A stretch of DNA of 63,533 nucleotides, counting the filler, from the NCBI GenBank assembly GCA_964501035.1. It is 6 parts of 6 records of this genome, joined end to end, with 100 filler letters (N's around TTAATTAATTAA, not from the genome) between each part and the next. Parts side by side here need not be neighbours in the genome. Positions count along the whole stretch, not along the records: positions 23,393 to 34,532 come from CAZCRK010000054.1; positions 34,633 to 45,465 come from CAZCRK010000056.1; 4 more parts are not named here. The stretch is one strand, 5' to 3'. The notes beneath the pieces were generated by a model. The model searched no databases, was not told the DNA's origin, and saw nothing but the letters and a program-made list of their open reading frames with translations. The position numbers and the translations under genes were made by a program. Positions 30,401 through 38,584 of the stretch are shown in pieces. Each line of letters begins with the position of its first letter. The stretch's first letter is position 1.

Positions 30401-33104
30401 TATTGATTCAAATGAGTTAAGCTATGATGTAGTGGGTGGGGAAAATATTTTAGCGAGTCTAACAGGTTCAACATTAACTTTTACCACAGTAGCAGATTTC
30501 TATGGAAGTGAGGAATTTACCATTACAGTAAGTGATTTTGAGCTTACGGATAGTGAAACAATTCATGTGTTTGCTGAGTCTGTCAATGATGAGCCCCTAG
30601 CCCAATCTATTGATGTCAATATGAGTGAAGATAATATCAAAACAGTAGAACTGTTAGCTTTTGATGACAATAGTACTCAATTCACATTTGAAATTAGTGT
30701 AAGTCCTGAAAATGGAATTGCAACCATTGATGGTTCTATGCTAACATATACACCAAATCAAGATTTTTATGGAAGTGATGTTTTAGAATATACTGCAAAT
30801 GATGGTGATTTAATTTCATTACCAGCCGCAGTTTCAATAACCATTGAATCGGTCAATGATGCGCCTATCATAGTAACGCCAGACCCAATTGTAATGAATG
30901 AAAACAATGTTCAAGAAGTTGAAATAAATGCAACCGATATTGAAAATGATAACTTAAACTTTTCTGTTGTTTCCACATCTGATAATATTATTTCATGGTT
31001 CATTGGAAACATATTATCAATATATCCAGATGATAATTGGTTTGGGACCGAAATTTTGAGTATTGCTGTTTCCGATGGTGAGTTTGAGGTTGTGGACGAT
31101 TTTGAAGTAACTGTATTAGCGGTTAATGACCCGCCTTCAGTGGAGAACCAATCTATTGAAACTCAAGAAGAAGAAATGGTATTGATACCCTTAGATATTA
31201 CGGATGTGGATAGTTATACATTTGAATATGCACTGGTACAGGTTCCTTCAAACGGAACAATAGAGTTTAACTCTGGTTTTGCTCAATATACCCCGGAATT
31301 AAATTTCTTTGGACAAGATACCATCGTTTACAATGTAAATGATGGTGAGTTTACTTCAAATGATGGAGCAATATTTATCGAAGTTACAAATATCAATGAT
31401 GCACCAGTAATACCTGATTTAACTGGAGTTTCCATTAACGAAGACAGTGAGTATTTATTAAATATTAATGAGTTCGACCTTGATGGAGATATATTAGAGA
31501 TAGATGTTCAATTAGATGGTGATGATGCCACATATGAAGTGGTTGAGGGAATTTTGACTGTCATTCCAAATCTGAACTTCTTTGGTGATATTTCTATCAC
31601 CTTAACCGTTAATGACGCTGAATTTAGTGATTCTCAAATTTTTACAATTAATGTACTTCCAATAAATGATGCACCGATTATTGTTTCAAATGCTCCAAAT
31701 ACGATATATCTTGGGCAAGAATATACGTATCAAATTGTGATTAATGACCCCGATGATGATAGTTTTACATTTGAACTAACAAATGCTCCCATTGAAATGG
31801 AAGTATCTGAAACTGGACTCTTGAGTTGGTTGCCTACATCAACAGGAATTTATGGTCCAGTTACATTAATTGTTAGCGATGGTGGAGAAGATAATGCAAT
31901 ACCATCGGAAGAAGTATTTTCAGTAACCGTTTTATTATATCAAATGTTTAGTTTACATGATGGTGCAAATTTAATAAGTTATTTGGGAATACAAGAAGAT
32001 AACTCCATTGAGAATATGTTATCAGATATTTTGGTGGACAGTCTTCAAATTCTATCAGAAAACCAAGCTGCTTATTACGATGCAGATTTAGGTTGGCTTG
32101 GTAGTTTGCATGAAATAGAACCTACTAAGGGCTATTGGTTAAGAATTAATAATGATGATTTGTATTCAGTGGAATCATTTTCCACAGACCTGTCGCAGAT
32201 ATACTCTCTGCATGAAGGACATAACCTGATCTCATACATAAGTGGGAATGGTCTTCCACTGGATACAGCTTTACCAGATGATCTAGAGTTACATTTTACC
32301 GATATTTTAACTGAAGGATATGCTGCAACCCGTGATGAAGATGGAAACTGGTTGGGAAGTTTAGCATCCATTGGTTGGCAACAACTTAAAGGGTACTGGG
32401 TAAAAGTGGATTCCACTTTTGATTTCAATTATGAACAATTAGATTTATCACGAATATCTGAAGAAAAACCAGTGTTCAATCTTTCAGAAGTACCAGATGA
32501 CTTTGCATATACTCAATCTGTAAATCAGTCATTTTATTTCATTAAAGATATTCAATTAGATGAAAATGAAATTAGTCCAGAAGATTGGGTGATTGCTACA
32601 TGCAATGATAATGTTGTGGGTGCTCGTCAATGGAATGGTGCATATACCGATATTCCTGCAATGGGACATGATGGTAATGATAAGACAATTGGGTATTGTG
32701 AAACAGGTGATATTCCTTCATTTCATTTATTCCAAGTTAACTCAAATGAGTTTATCAATTTAGAAAACTCGAATACACCTGTTTGGGAGAATTTAGAAAA
32801 TCACGTTATTCCTATCTTAACTGAATCTATTGATTTACCTGATGAATTTTCACTTGATAAACCATACCCAAATCCTTTTAACCCAATTACAACTATTTCA
32901 TATGAAGTACCATTTGAAAGTCAGGTGTATATTAATATTTATGATATTCAAGGTCGTTTAGTAGAAACCTTAGTGGATCAAAATGTAGCTAGAGGATCTT
33001 ATCAGGTTCAATGGTATGCGCAAAATAATTCTAGTGGATTATATTTTGTTCAAATGCGAGCTGGAAATTCTGTGAAAACTCAAAAAATTATGCTTATTAA
33101 GTAA
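24498..33104 (+). CDS. Giant acidic secreted adhesin-like protein: Cys-rich repeats, about 20 cadherin-like/tandem-95 (VNDAP) repeats, T9SS type A/FlgD-like tail
   Basis: Signal peptide; repeated VNDAP/EDxx/YTP..YFG.DSF; YPNPFNPIT...SSGLYFV; N gap at 25752-25851 lies within the repeats. Confidence 0.88.
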   Translation: MKNYLIILTLVITSLFAQNPPNGFEFNISSRQAFYFFESAFIENGQLDEDDWIGAFRVDVDETHGGLCEQSEMNYDETVSLTGGICYMVDVNCPDVDGDGLITSNACPDENQDGYLTEHAYMGCVGARQWGECQNRDWCDIPVMGNDEQSYSLSYFPHENIYEEIPEFRIFDSSENAVYFANPSSNYPYETGQLFFIDSLSVTFDCNNDLGGTASIDACGICCDGDTGAECSYFEDASSFGGAFDCAGYCSADSPIGCEGENCGEAYIDGCGVCVGGTTDEEDCATDCNGDLNGLAIWDDCGQCVEGNTGADFNWAMDCNNDCFGTAIVDDCGVCSNGLTEHSFNQDLDCNGDCAENTPVSCEGEDCGTAIVDDCGVCSNGLTEHSFNQDLDCNGDCAENTPVSCEGDDCGTAVVDDCXXXXXXXXXXXXXXXXXXXXXXXXXXXXXXXXXXVSCEGDDCGTAVVDDCGVCSNGLTEHEFNIDLDCNGDCAESTPVSCEGDDCGTAVVDDCGVCSDGLTNHEFNIDIDCHGECFGNGVLDECGVCDGDDSSCNAPITSNQNVETSEDIELIIFPVMSDPNNYPLSVQITQGTVHGTVVWQSPAFVYTPHEDYYGTDSLKYIASNFLWSSEEATIFISIDSINDAPVSSDVNITTIEDNSVEFVLPVLDVDSQISISIEELPQYGSIQLESEFAVYSPDENYFGTDSFSFSVDDGEYILVNDVYIIIQPENDIPTSNDIPINTNEDEDFFGSITVNDVDNSLEDLSIILLDQPNLGQLSMNGIDFSFHPNDNVFGMEMVGFKVFDGIALSEEYNFVINVISVNDAPEINQISDQEINEDQEFSHTLEGFDADEDNLEFSAEVDGNATFSLDGSNLIVTPTPDWSGSIIVTTSVTDGSLSDEIEFNILVQPVNDAPIFVTSSLADANEDEFYSQIINISDIDNDLQDLVINLEQHPIWIELVEDELQGIPNNLQIGEETVTLSVTDGLLINTLQFELLVNEVNDIPIALNINSQLNEDDSLDLLLFGTDEETPAGLVFEIVDSPENGLVSFDNRAIETITYTPNTNYFGFDSFSYVVSDGDNTSDTAFVDLIINPVNDAPYFVTSIDDLPLFVEDIVEEVLIYFEDIDNDVENLTFDIVFAPTWISINDNQLVVHPFNNGNEVTNTDISLSISDGELEVIRNFTIQVEPVNDPPISSNISTFVTEDESLTLSLFGVDEDSEFLTFEIFSNPLYGSVQLLNDEIIYTPYVDNDISDSFEYVVFDGELYSEPSLVTVEIIPVNDPPSVNESVEFEVLSENQFQFELSSFFNDIDSPNEDLIVTFLPHGNGDNIVGMTFGSGQIENVLNEDFTYIYNRTPLSLDADYILYKVSDGLAESTLGLITFVLNENRNVNSRGIIQSVPQNIDVTEDTPIELSLVAYNSNPLDIDQNFPSDGVGIIYEIIDFPNHGNLTDFVLTPNEENDGYIVLSGSYSSHSDYGDDIGIDEFREDIFCDDSGLDSLSYSIYNPNTDTWTDTVNISFCVHGVNDLPVFLNIIDKTIDEDEVLGIPLEVNPGYSEGSLDINPVSISVFDPDTSYNYIDFSFNSMENLFTFEISEASDSVYVYPLENYFGTSQIQVSISENYDFDLDGFPDFSDTPDPPLESSTVFDIEVIPVNDPPIVSSIADQLIMEESTITIDLFSFDIDSEGPFTYEISDIDTSLLMYEVTNSQLTLSAQANQVGNTNIQVIVSDGELVSDPENFQVTIQNVNDSPILSAIENPSSILEDSGSIVVDIIPIDNDSLDSLAVILTSSNQLLLPAENISVTPMNALTHASRIITLTPTLNHFGTSDIMVEVTDGTLSTIQQFSIFVESVNDAPVIIPIDSVEMNEDSNFSILLSATDVDNTSLEFSVNDNENFVCLLDNNLLTIVPNNNYFGSDSLDVLVTDEHGAFDQTELIINILPVNDAPELLPIGDIVFNEDSSIEVELFSIDIDSNELSYDVVGGENILASLTGSTLTFTTVADFYGSEEFTITVSDFELTDSETIHVFAESVNDEPLAQSIDVNMSEDNIKTVELLAFDDNSTQFTFEISVSPENGIATIDGSMLTYTPNQDFYGSDVLEYTANDGDLISLPAAVSITIESVNDAPIIVTPDPIVMNENNVQEVEINATDIENDNLNFSVVSTSDNIISWFIGNILSIYPDDNWFGTEILSIAVSDGEFEVVDDFEVTVLAVNDPPSVENQSIETQEEEMVLIPLDITDVDSYTFEYALVQVPSNGTIEFNSGFAQYTPELNFFGQDTIVYNVNDGEFTSNDGAIFIEVTNINDAPVIPDLTGVSINEDSEYLLNINEFDLDGDILEIDVQLDGDDATYEVVEGILTVIPNLNFFGDISITLTVNDAEFSDSQIFTINVLPINDAPIIVSNAPNTIYLGQEYTYQIVINDPDDDSFTFELTNAPIEMEVSETGLLSWLPTSTGIYGPVTLIVSDGGEDNAIPSEEVFSVTVLLYQMFSLHDGANLISYLGIQEDNSIENMLSDILVDSLQILSENQAAYYDADLGWLGSLHEIEPTKGYWLRINNDDLYSVESFSTDLSQIYSLHEGHNLISYISGNGLPLDTALPDDLELHFTDILTEGYAATRDEDGNWLGSLASIGWQQLKGYWVKVDSTFDFNYEQLDLSRISEEKPVFNLSEVPDDFAYTQSVNQSFYFIKDIQLDENEISPEDWVIATCNDNVVGARQWNGAYTDIPAMGHDGNDKTIGYCETGDIPSFHLFQVNSNEFINLENSNTPVWENLENHVIPILTESIDLPDEFSLDKPYPNPFNPITTISYEVPFESQVYINIYDIQGRLVETLVDQNVARGSYQVQWYAQNNSSGLYFVQMRAGNSVKTQKIMLIK
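25470..26085 (+). repeat. 129-bp (43-aa) Cys-rich tandem repeat, copy number unresolved
   Basis: GTAIVDDCGVCSNGLTEH..DLDCNGDCAENTPVSCEGEDC units at 25470, 25599, 25728 and after the gap. Confidence 0.88.
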
Positions 33105-33124
33105 AAGAACTTCTGAATAGAAAG

Positions 33125-33160
33125 AAAAAAATGGAGTGGTGTTTTATCACTCCATTTTTT
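33125..33160. terminator. Bidirectional terminator
   Basis: AAAAAAATGGAGTG..CACTCCATTTTTT between convergent genes. Confidence 0.85.
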
Positions 33161-33755
33161 ATGAATTGGAAATATGTTGCGAATAAAATTGGTTCAGATT
33201 GGTGTTGAAGTCAGAAATTGTAGTATTATTTTCGACTACATATGTCGAGTGTTTTCGTTTTTCATCTTCATCCATTTGCAATCTCATTCTTTTTTGAATT
33301 TGTTCGAGAGGTAGATTCCTACGTTTGACGGCTCGTTGGATTCTAATATCTTTATCAGCAGTAATTAATAGAACATGATCAAAATATGCTGTATAGCCAG
33401 CTTCAATTAATAATGCTGCATCTACTACAAACAATTGACAATTATTTTGACGAGCTTCAATGCCTGCATTTTCAATGAGAATGTAAATTTCTGGCCAAAG
33501 TAAACCATTTAGAATTTGTTGGTCAATAGGGCTGTTAAACGCAACTTCAGCAAGTTTTCTAAAATCCAATTTTCCAGCTTCAGTTACGTTTCCTCCAAGG
33601 GCATTAATTATTTTATGTTGGAGAGAAATGGAATATTTTAAATGTTTTTTGGCTTCTTTATCGGCATTAAATATGATAGCACCCTTTTTCTTAAAAAAGG
33701 TAGAAGCTGTTGTTTTTCCAGACCCAATCCCACCAGTAATGCCTAGCTTAATCAT
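33159..33755 (-). CDS. coaE: Dephospho-CoA kinase
   Basis: GITGGIGSGKT, DAALLIEAG, RMRLQ. Confidence 0.95.
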   Translation of the reverse strand: MIKLGITGGIGSGKTTASTFFKKKGAIIFNADKEAKKHLKYSISLQHKIINALGGNVTEAGKLDFRKLAEVAFNSPIDQQILNGLLWPEIYILIENAGIEARQNNCQLFVVDAALLIEAGYTAYFDHVLLITADKDIRIQRAVKRRNLPLEQIQKRMRLQMDEDEKRKHSTYVVENNTTISDFNTNLNQFYSQHISNS

Positions 33756-33764
33756 TGAAATGAA

Positions 33765-34406
33765 TCAATCCAAAACAATATTAATTTCCTCTTTTACTTC
33801 TACAATACTACCTGACCCCTTCACAAGTTTAACTACCCCTTTAGAGGAATAAAACTCAATCAGAGGCTGTGTTTGATTTGAATACACTTCTAATCGTTGT
33901 TTAATTGTTTCAGGTCGATCATCATCTCGTAGATATAGTTCTCCTGAACAACTGTTGCACTTTCCATCAACTTTAGGAGGGTCAAACAAAAGATTAAACA
34001 CATTCCCACATTCTTTACATGAACGTCGAGATGAAAGCCTTTCAATTATGATTGAATGTGGTACATTGAGTACAAGAACTACATCCAAAGTATGGTTCAT
34101 TTGATTGAGTAAAGAATCCAACCCTTCAGACTGGGGGATGGTGCGTGGAAATCCATCAAGGATATAACCATTTTTGCAATCATTATCACTAAAACGAGTT
34201 TTCATCATCCCAAGAATAACTTCATCTGGAACCAATTTTCCAGAATTCATAAACTTTTGTGCTTGCACTCCCAGTTCAGTATTGTTTCTAACATTTTCTC
34301 TCAACATATCTCCAGTTGAGATTTGGGGAATATCATATTTTTCAACTAAAAATTTTGCTTGAGTACCTTTTCCAACTCCTGGGGGGCCAATTAAAATCAT
34401 TTTCAT
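33765..34406 (-). CDS. adk: Adenylate kinase (Zn-lid type)
   Basis: GPPGVGKGTQ, ISTGDMLR, LDGFPRT, CxxC..CxxC lid. Confidence 0.97.
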   Translation of the reverse strand: MKMILIGPPGVGKGTQAKFLVEKYDIPQISTGDMLRENVRNNTELGVQAQKFMNSGKLVPDEVILGMMKTRFSDNDCKNGYILDGFPRTIPQSEGLDSLLNQMNHTLDVVLVLNVPHSIIIERLSSRRSCKECGNVFNLLFDPPKVDGKCNSCSGELYLRDDDRPETIKQRLEVYSNQTQPLIEFYSSKGVVKLVKGSGSIVEVKEEINIVLD

Positions 34407-34416
34407 GTTTGTTATC

Positions 34417-34532
34417 CTAAATTAAAATTCCAGCGATTGTTGCTGTCAGCCAAGATGCCAACGCTCCACCCATCATTGCTTTAAGACCTATTTTAGCTAG
34501 GTCGGTTTTACGTTTTGGAGCTAATGCACTTA
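34417..34532 (-). CDS. CNT/NupC nucleoside transporter, C-terminal fragment
   Basis: SALAPKRKTDLAKIGLKAMMGGALASWLTATIAGILI*. Confidence 0.8.
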
Positions 34533-34632
34533 NNNNNNNNNNNNNNNNNNNNNNNNNNNNNNNNNNNNNNNNNNNNTTAATTAATTAANNNNNNNNNNNN
34601 NNNNNNNNNNNNNNNNNNNNNNNNNNNNNNNN
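34533..34632. other. Artificial contig linker
   Basis: N44-TTAATTAATTAA-N44. Confidence 0.97.
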
Positions 34633-35548
34633 AAATAAACTATTCTTATTATTCATTGTGTTCTCAACTTTATTTGGAGCAAAATACATTGCTGTATTGG
34701 ATTTAGAATCAACGGGTGTTACAGAAACTGAAGCAAAAATACTCACCCAAACATTAACCTCTCGTATAATTTCACTTGGCGAATATACAGTGGTTGAGCG
34801 AGCCAATATTGATAAAATATTAAACGAACAAAAATTTCAACATTCAGGGTGTACGGATAGTGAATGTGCTGTAGAAATTGGTCAATTGCTGAATGCAGAT
34901 TTAACCGTTATTGGTTCAGTAGGGAAAATAGGTTCGACATATACCATTCAAGTACGAATAATTAATGTTGAATCGGGAGAAGCATTACAAAGTGCCAACT
35001 TTACCCATAAAGGGGAGATTGACGAATTATTAAGTGTGGGTGTGGAATCTGTTGCACATGAGTTATTAGATATTCATTTCGAAAAGAAAAATGAGAATAA
35101 ACTTAATGTTCTCAGCACACATGGTGCTATAATAAATATAACTAGTATTCCTCCAAATGCCGATGTATATATCGGAGATAGTTATTATAACAAAACACCC
35201 GTTTATCTTGAAGATTTTCCTACTGGAAAATACAATATTTTGATTAAGAATGAAGGTTGTTTACCATTTAAAAAAATCATAAATGTTCAACCAAGAGGAT
35301 TTACTGAAGTAATTGCTGAGTTAGTGGAAATTTATAGTTTAAAATACATAAAACTGCATGGGTTGTTTTATAAAGAGGAATTTGATGTAAAAATTACACA
35401 TCCAGAAATTTCAAACAATTCATTTATTTTTACTGATTTAATGAAAAATAAACATACTATACCTTGTGATAATGTAGTTAATGTTTCAGATAAAGACAAT
35501 AAAGTTATAAATGTAAATTGTAATAAAGACGGAAAAATTTATAATTAA
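34633..35548 (+). CDS. CsgG/HfaB-like + PEGA domain protein (5' partial)
   Basis: VERANIDKILNEQKFQHSGCTDSECAVEIGQLL; ITSIPPNADVYI..KTP PEGA; paralog of the 22500 gene. Confidence 0.8.
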
Positions 35549-35603
35549 TTTTTATTTCTTGTTATTCATTTATTAATTACCTAATTCACATTAAATTCAT
35601 GCT

Positions 35604-36119
35604 ATGAAAAATCTTATCATATCTGCATTTGGACCTGATCAAACCGGAATTGTTTCTCGGTTAACCGGCATTATTTCACATCATGGTGGAAATGTTGAGG
35701 ATAGTCGAATGACTCGTTTGGGAAGTGATTTTGCTATTTTGTTATTGGTATCCGTTCCAAATGATTGGGTGGAATCGTTGAGTGTTGCCTTACAGTCAAT
35801 ACAAGGGTTAACCATTCAAACAAAGTTATCTCAACCTTTAGAATCAAAGGCACAATCAGCAACCCATACAATGCATTTATCTGGCGCTGACCATGAGGGA
35901 ATTGTGTATAAAGTGACTGACTTTCTTGCCGAACAGAATATTAATATTGAAGAGATGGATACCAGTACATCACATGCACCAATCTCTGGAACTGTATTAT
36001 TCACCTTGAATGCACAAATTACATGCCCATCCATGAATGAAGAATTGTTATCTACATTGGTTTCTTTAGGCAATTCATTAGGGGTTGAAATTACAATAAT
36101 TCCGAAAACTGAAAGATAG
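35604..36119 (+). CDS. Tandem ACT domain protein (GcvR-like)
   Basis: GPDQTGIV..HGGNVEDSRM; GADHEGIV..QNINI. Confidence 0.88.
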   Translation: MKNLIISAFGPDQTGIVSRLTGIISHHGGNVEDSRMTRLGSDFAILLLVSVPNDWVESLSVALQSIQGLTIQTKLSQPLESKAQSATHTMHLSGADHEGIVYKVTDFLAEQNINIEEMDTSTSHAPISGTVLFTLNAQITCPSMNEELLSTLVSLGNSLGVEITIIPKTER

Positions 36120-36137
36120 TTCGACAGGCTCTCTATT

Positions 36138-36397
36138 AAGTAAAAAGTGAAAAGTTGAAAGTAAAAAGTAAAAAGTGAAAAGTGGAAATGTGGAAAAGTG
36201 GAAAAGTGGAAAAGTGGAAAAGTTGAAAAGTTGAAAGTCTCTTGTCAAAATCAGGATTTACAAAATTATAAGATACACAGGATGAAAAACTAACAAAAAA
36301 TTAACAGATTACAGACTACTTCACCCTTCAAACTTCCCCCTTCAAACTTTCCTCCTCACTTTTCAAACTTCAACCTTCCCCCTTCAAACTTCAAACT
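36138..36397. repeat. Purine-rich 7-8-mer array and pyrimidine-rich heptamer array forming a loose inverted repeat
   Basis: (AAAAGTG/GAAAAGTG/GAAAGTT)n at 36138-36238; (CTTCAAA/CTTCCCC/CTTCAAC)n at 36316-36397. Confidence 0.8.
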
Positions 36398-38537
36398 ATT
36401 TATCTTTAAATCGAGAGAAGGGACTAGAATGCTTTTGACAGCTTTCTCTGGGTTTATTACTATTTAAGAAAATGCTTTTTTCTGTTTCACACCATCGAGT
36501 GGCTTTATCGTGGGTTTCTTTGCAAATATCTAATTCAATAATACCACTTGGCATATCCCAATCTAATTTTGAATCTAAGAGAATTTCCGAATCTAGATAT
36601 TTATATTCCCCAGTTGTGTAAATATCTTTAATCGACCGTGCAAAAATAGGTAGTGCTGCACTTGATCCATATTGTTTTTCACCGAGTGATATTGCAGGGT
36701 CATCCATACCTACCCATGCGCCAATAGTTATTTGGGGGGTGTAGCCAACAAACCATGCATCTGCTTTACTATTGGTTGTGCCTGTTTTGCCGGCCGTTGG
36801 TGCATAAAATTTATATTTCCACCGAACTGAACCACCGGTTCCAGCATCTACCACTGATTTCATCATATCACGAATCAAATAGATAATATCTTCATCTTTA
36901 ATTTCTTGACTTTCAGGAACAAATTCTTTTAACAGTCTTCCATGTCTGTCTTCAATTCGTGTAATAGAAATAGGCTCTGTATAAATACCATTATTAGCAA
37001 TAGCAGAATATGCAGAGGTAATTTCCAATGGTATCACTTCAGAAACACCTAAAGCAATTGCATCTACAGATCGAATATTCGTTGTTAGGCCAAATGCTTT
37101 GGCATTTTCTACAACTGATTTTGGAGTAATAAGTTCTTGTACAATACGAACAGAAATCAAGTTGAGTGATCGTCTTAATCCTTCTTTGAGGGTTGTGAGC
37201 AGACCAGTTGAACCATCGTGATTTTGCGGATTCCATTGTGTTGTATCATCGAGGAAAACAACAAGCGGTTGATTGAGTAATTCAGTTGTAGGTCTAAAAC
37301 CTTGTTCTAGAGCAGTCAAGTAAATAAGAGGTTTAAAGACCGAACCAGGTTGTCGTTTTGCTTGTGTAGCTCTGTTGAAATGATCTCGATACATGGGTTC
37401 ACGTCGTCCGCCAATCATGCCTAAAATATGACCATGCACAGGGTCTAAAACTACAGCTGCACCCTGTACTAAAAATTGATTTTTAAGAGCGAGAGGTATT
37501 GTATCATTTTCTGCTAATATAGTTCTCAGTGAATCTGCATCAAAATTTACTTTTGAAAGTGCATATTCAAATTTTTTATTATTAGCAAGATACTCAGCAT
37601 TTAAAACTTCTTGATTATGCTGTAATGTTCGGTCAAATGCTTTACCCAAGGCATGCTGAACCCGTGAATCAAGAGTTGTATGAATAACCAATCCATCTTC
37701 ATATAAGTTGATACCCATTTCTTCATCAATTTGTTCTAATTGTCGTCGAATATATTCAGAAAAATAGGGGGCAAATTTAACATTTTTATCAAAATCTTTT
37801 ACTGGTAGTTGTTTTTCAATGGTTGATGTGTATTGTAATTCAGAAATATATCCTTGTTCTTTCATGACTCTTAAAACGAGATTTCTTCGAATAATGGATC
37901 TATCTGGATGACGAATTGGAGAATACCGAGCTGGGGCGGGGAGCAAGCCAATCAAAATTGCAGCTTCATCTAGATCAATGGTGGATACATCTTTACCAAA
38001 GTAGTGGTGAGAGGCAGCTTGTATTCCATACATTCCATGCCCAAAGTACACAGAATTGAAATATAGTTCCATAATTTCAGATTTGGTGTAAGTTTGCTCA
38101 ATATTGATTGCGGTAATTAACTCTTTAATTTTTCGAGTAATGGTTTTGTCAAATCCAATAGTATTGTACATATTTCGAGCAAGTTGCTGGGTTAGAGTAC
38201 TTGCTCCTTGTTGTCGACTCATTGTTAAAATATCAACAATAATGGCTCGAGCAAACGACCGAAAGCTCATCCCGGAATGTTCAAAAAATTGACGATCTTC
38301 CATAGCCATTAAGGCATTTCGTAGATTTTTTGGGATGGAGCTTATTTTCACAACATCTCTTTTATGGATATAGAGTTCTTTGATGACCTTCCCATCAGCA
38401 GATATTATTTTGGATACTTGCTCTGGATTAAACTGTTGTAACTCTGCTAAAGAGGGTAAATCTCTCGCAAGAATAATCATATAGATTAATCCAATTAAAA
38501 ATCCTGTAAATAATACAAGGAAGGTGTTGCGAAACAC
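36396..38537 (-). CDS. Class A penicillin-binding protein (PBP1A family)
   Basis: TM anchor; EDRQFFEH, GASTLTQQLAR, RKIKE; RQPGSVFK, SLN, KTGT. Confidence 0.95.
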   Translation of the reverse strand: MFRNTFLVLFTGFLIGLIYMIILARDLPSLAELQQFNPEQVSKIISADGKVIKELYIHKRDVVKISSIPKNLRNALMAMEDRQFFEHSGMSFRSFARAIIVDILTMSRQQGASTLTQQLARNMYNTIGFDKTITRKIKELITAINIEQTYTKSEIMELYFNSVYFGHGMYGIQAASHHYFGKDVSTIDLDEAAILIGLLPAPARYSPIRHPDRSIIRRNLVLRVMKEQGYISELQYTSTIEKQLPVKDFDKNVKFAPYFSEYIRRQLEQIDEEMGINLYEDGLVIHTTLDSRVQHALGKAFDRTLQHNQEVLNAEYLANNKKFEYALSKVNFDADSLRTILAENDTIPLALKNQFLVQGAAVVLDPVHGHILGMIGGRREPMYRDHFNRATQAKRQPGSVFKPLIYLTALEQGFRPTTELLNQPLVVFLDDTTQWNPQNHDGSTGLLTTLKEGLRRSLNLISVRIVQELITPKSVVENAKAFGLTTNIRSVDAIALGVSEVIPLEITSAYSAIANNGIYTEPISITRIEDRHGRLLKEFVPESQEIKDEDIIYLIRDMMKSVVDAGTGGSVRWKYKFYAPTAGKTGTTNSKADAWFVGYTPQITIGAWVGMDDPAISLGEKQYGSSAALPIFARSIKDIYTTGEYKYLDSEILLDSKLDWDMPSGIIELDICKETHDKATRWCETEKSIFLNSNKPRESCQKHSSPFSRFKDK

Positions 38538-38584
38538 CTTCCCCCATGATTGTTGTTTTATTTTTTTTCGCGTTTTACTAATAA

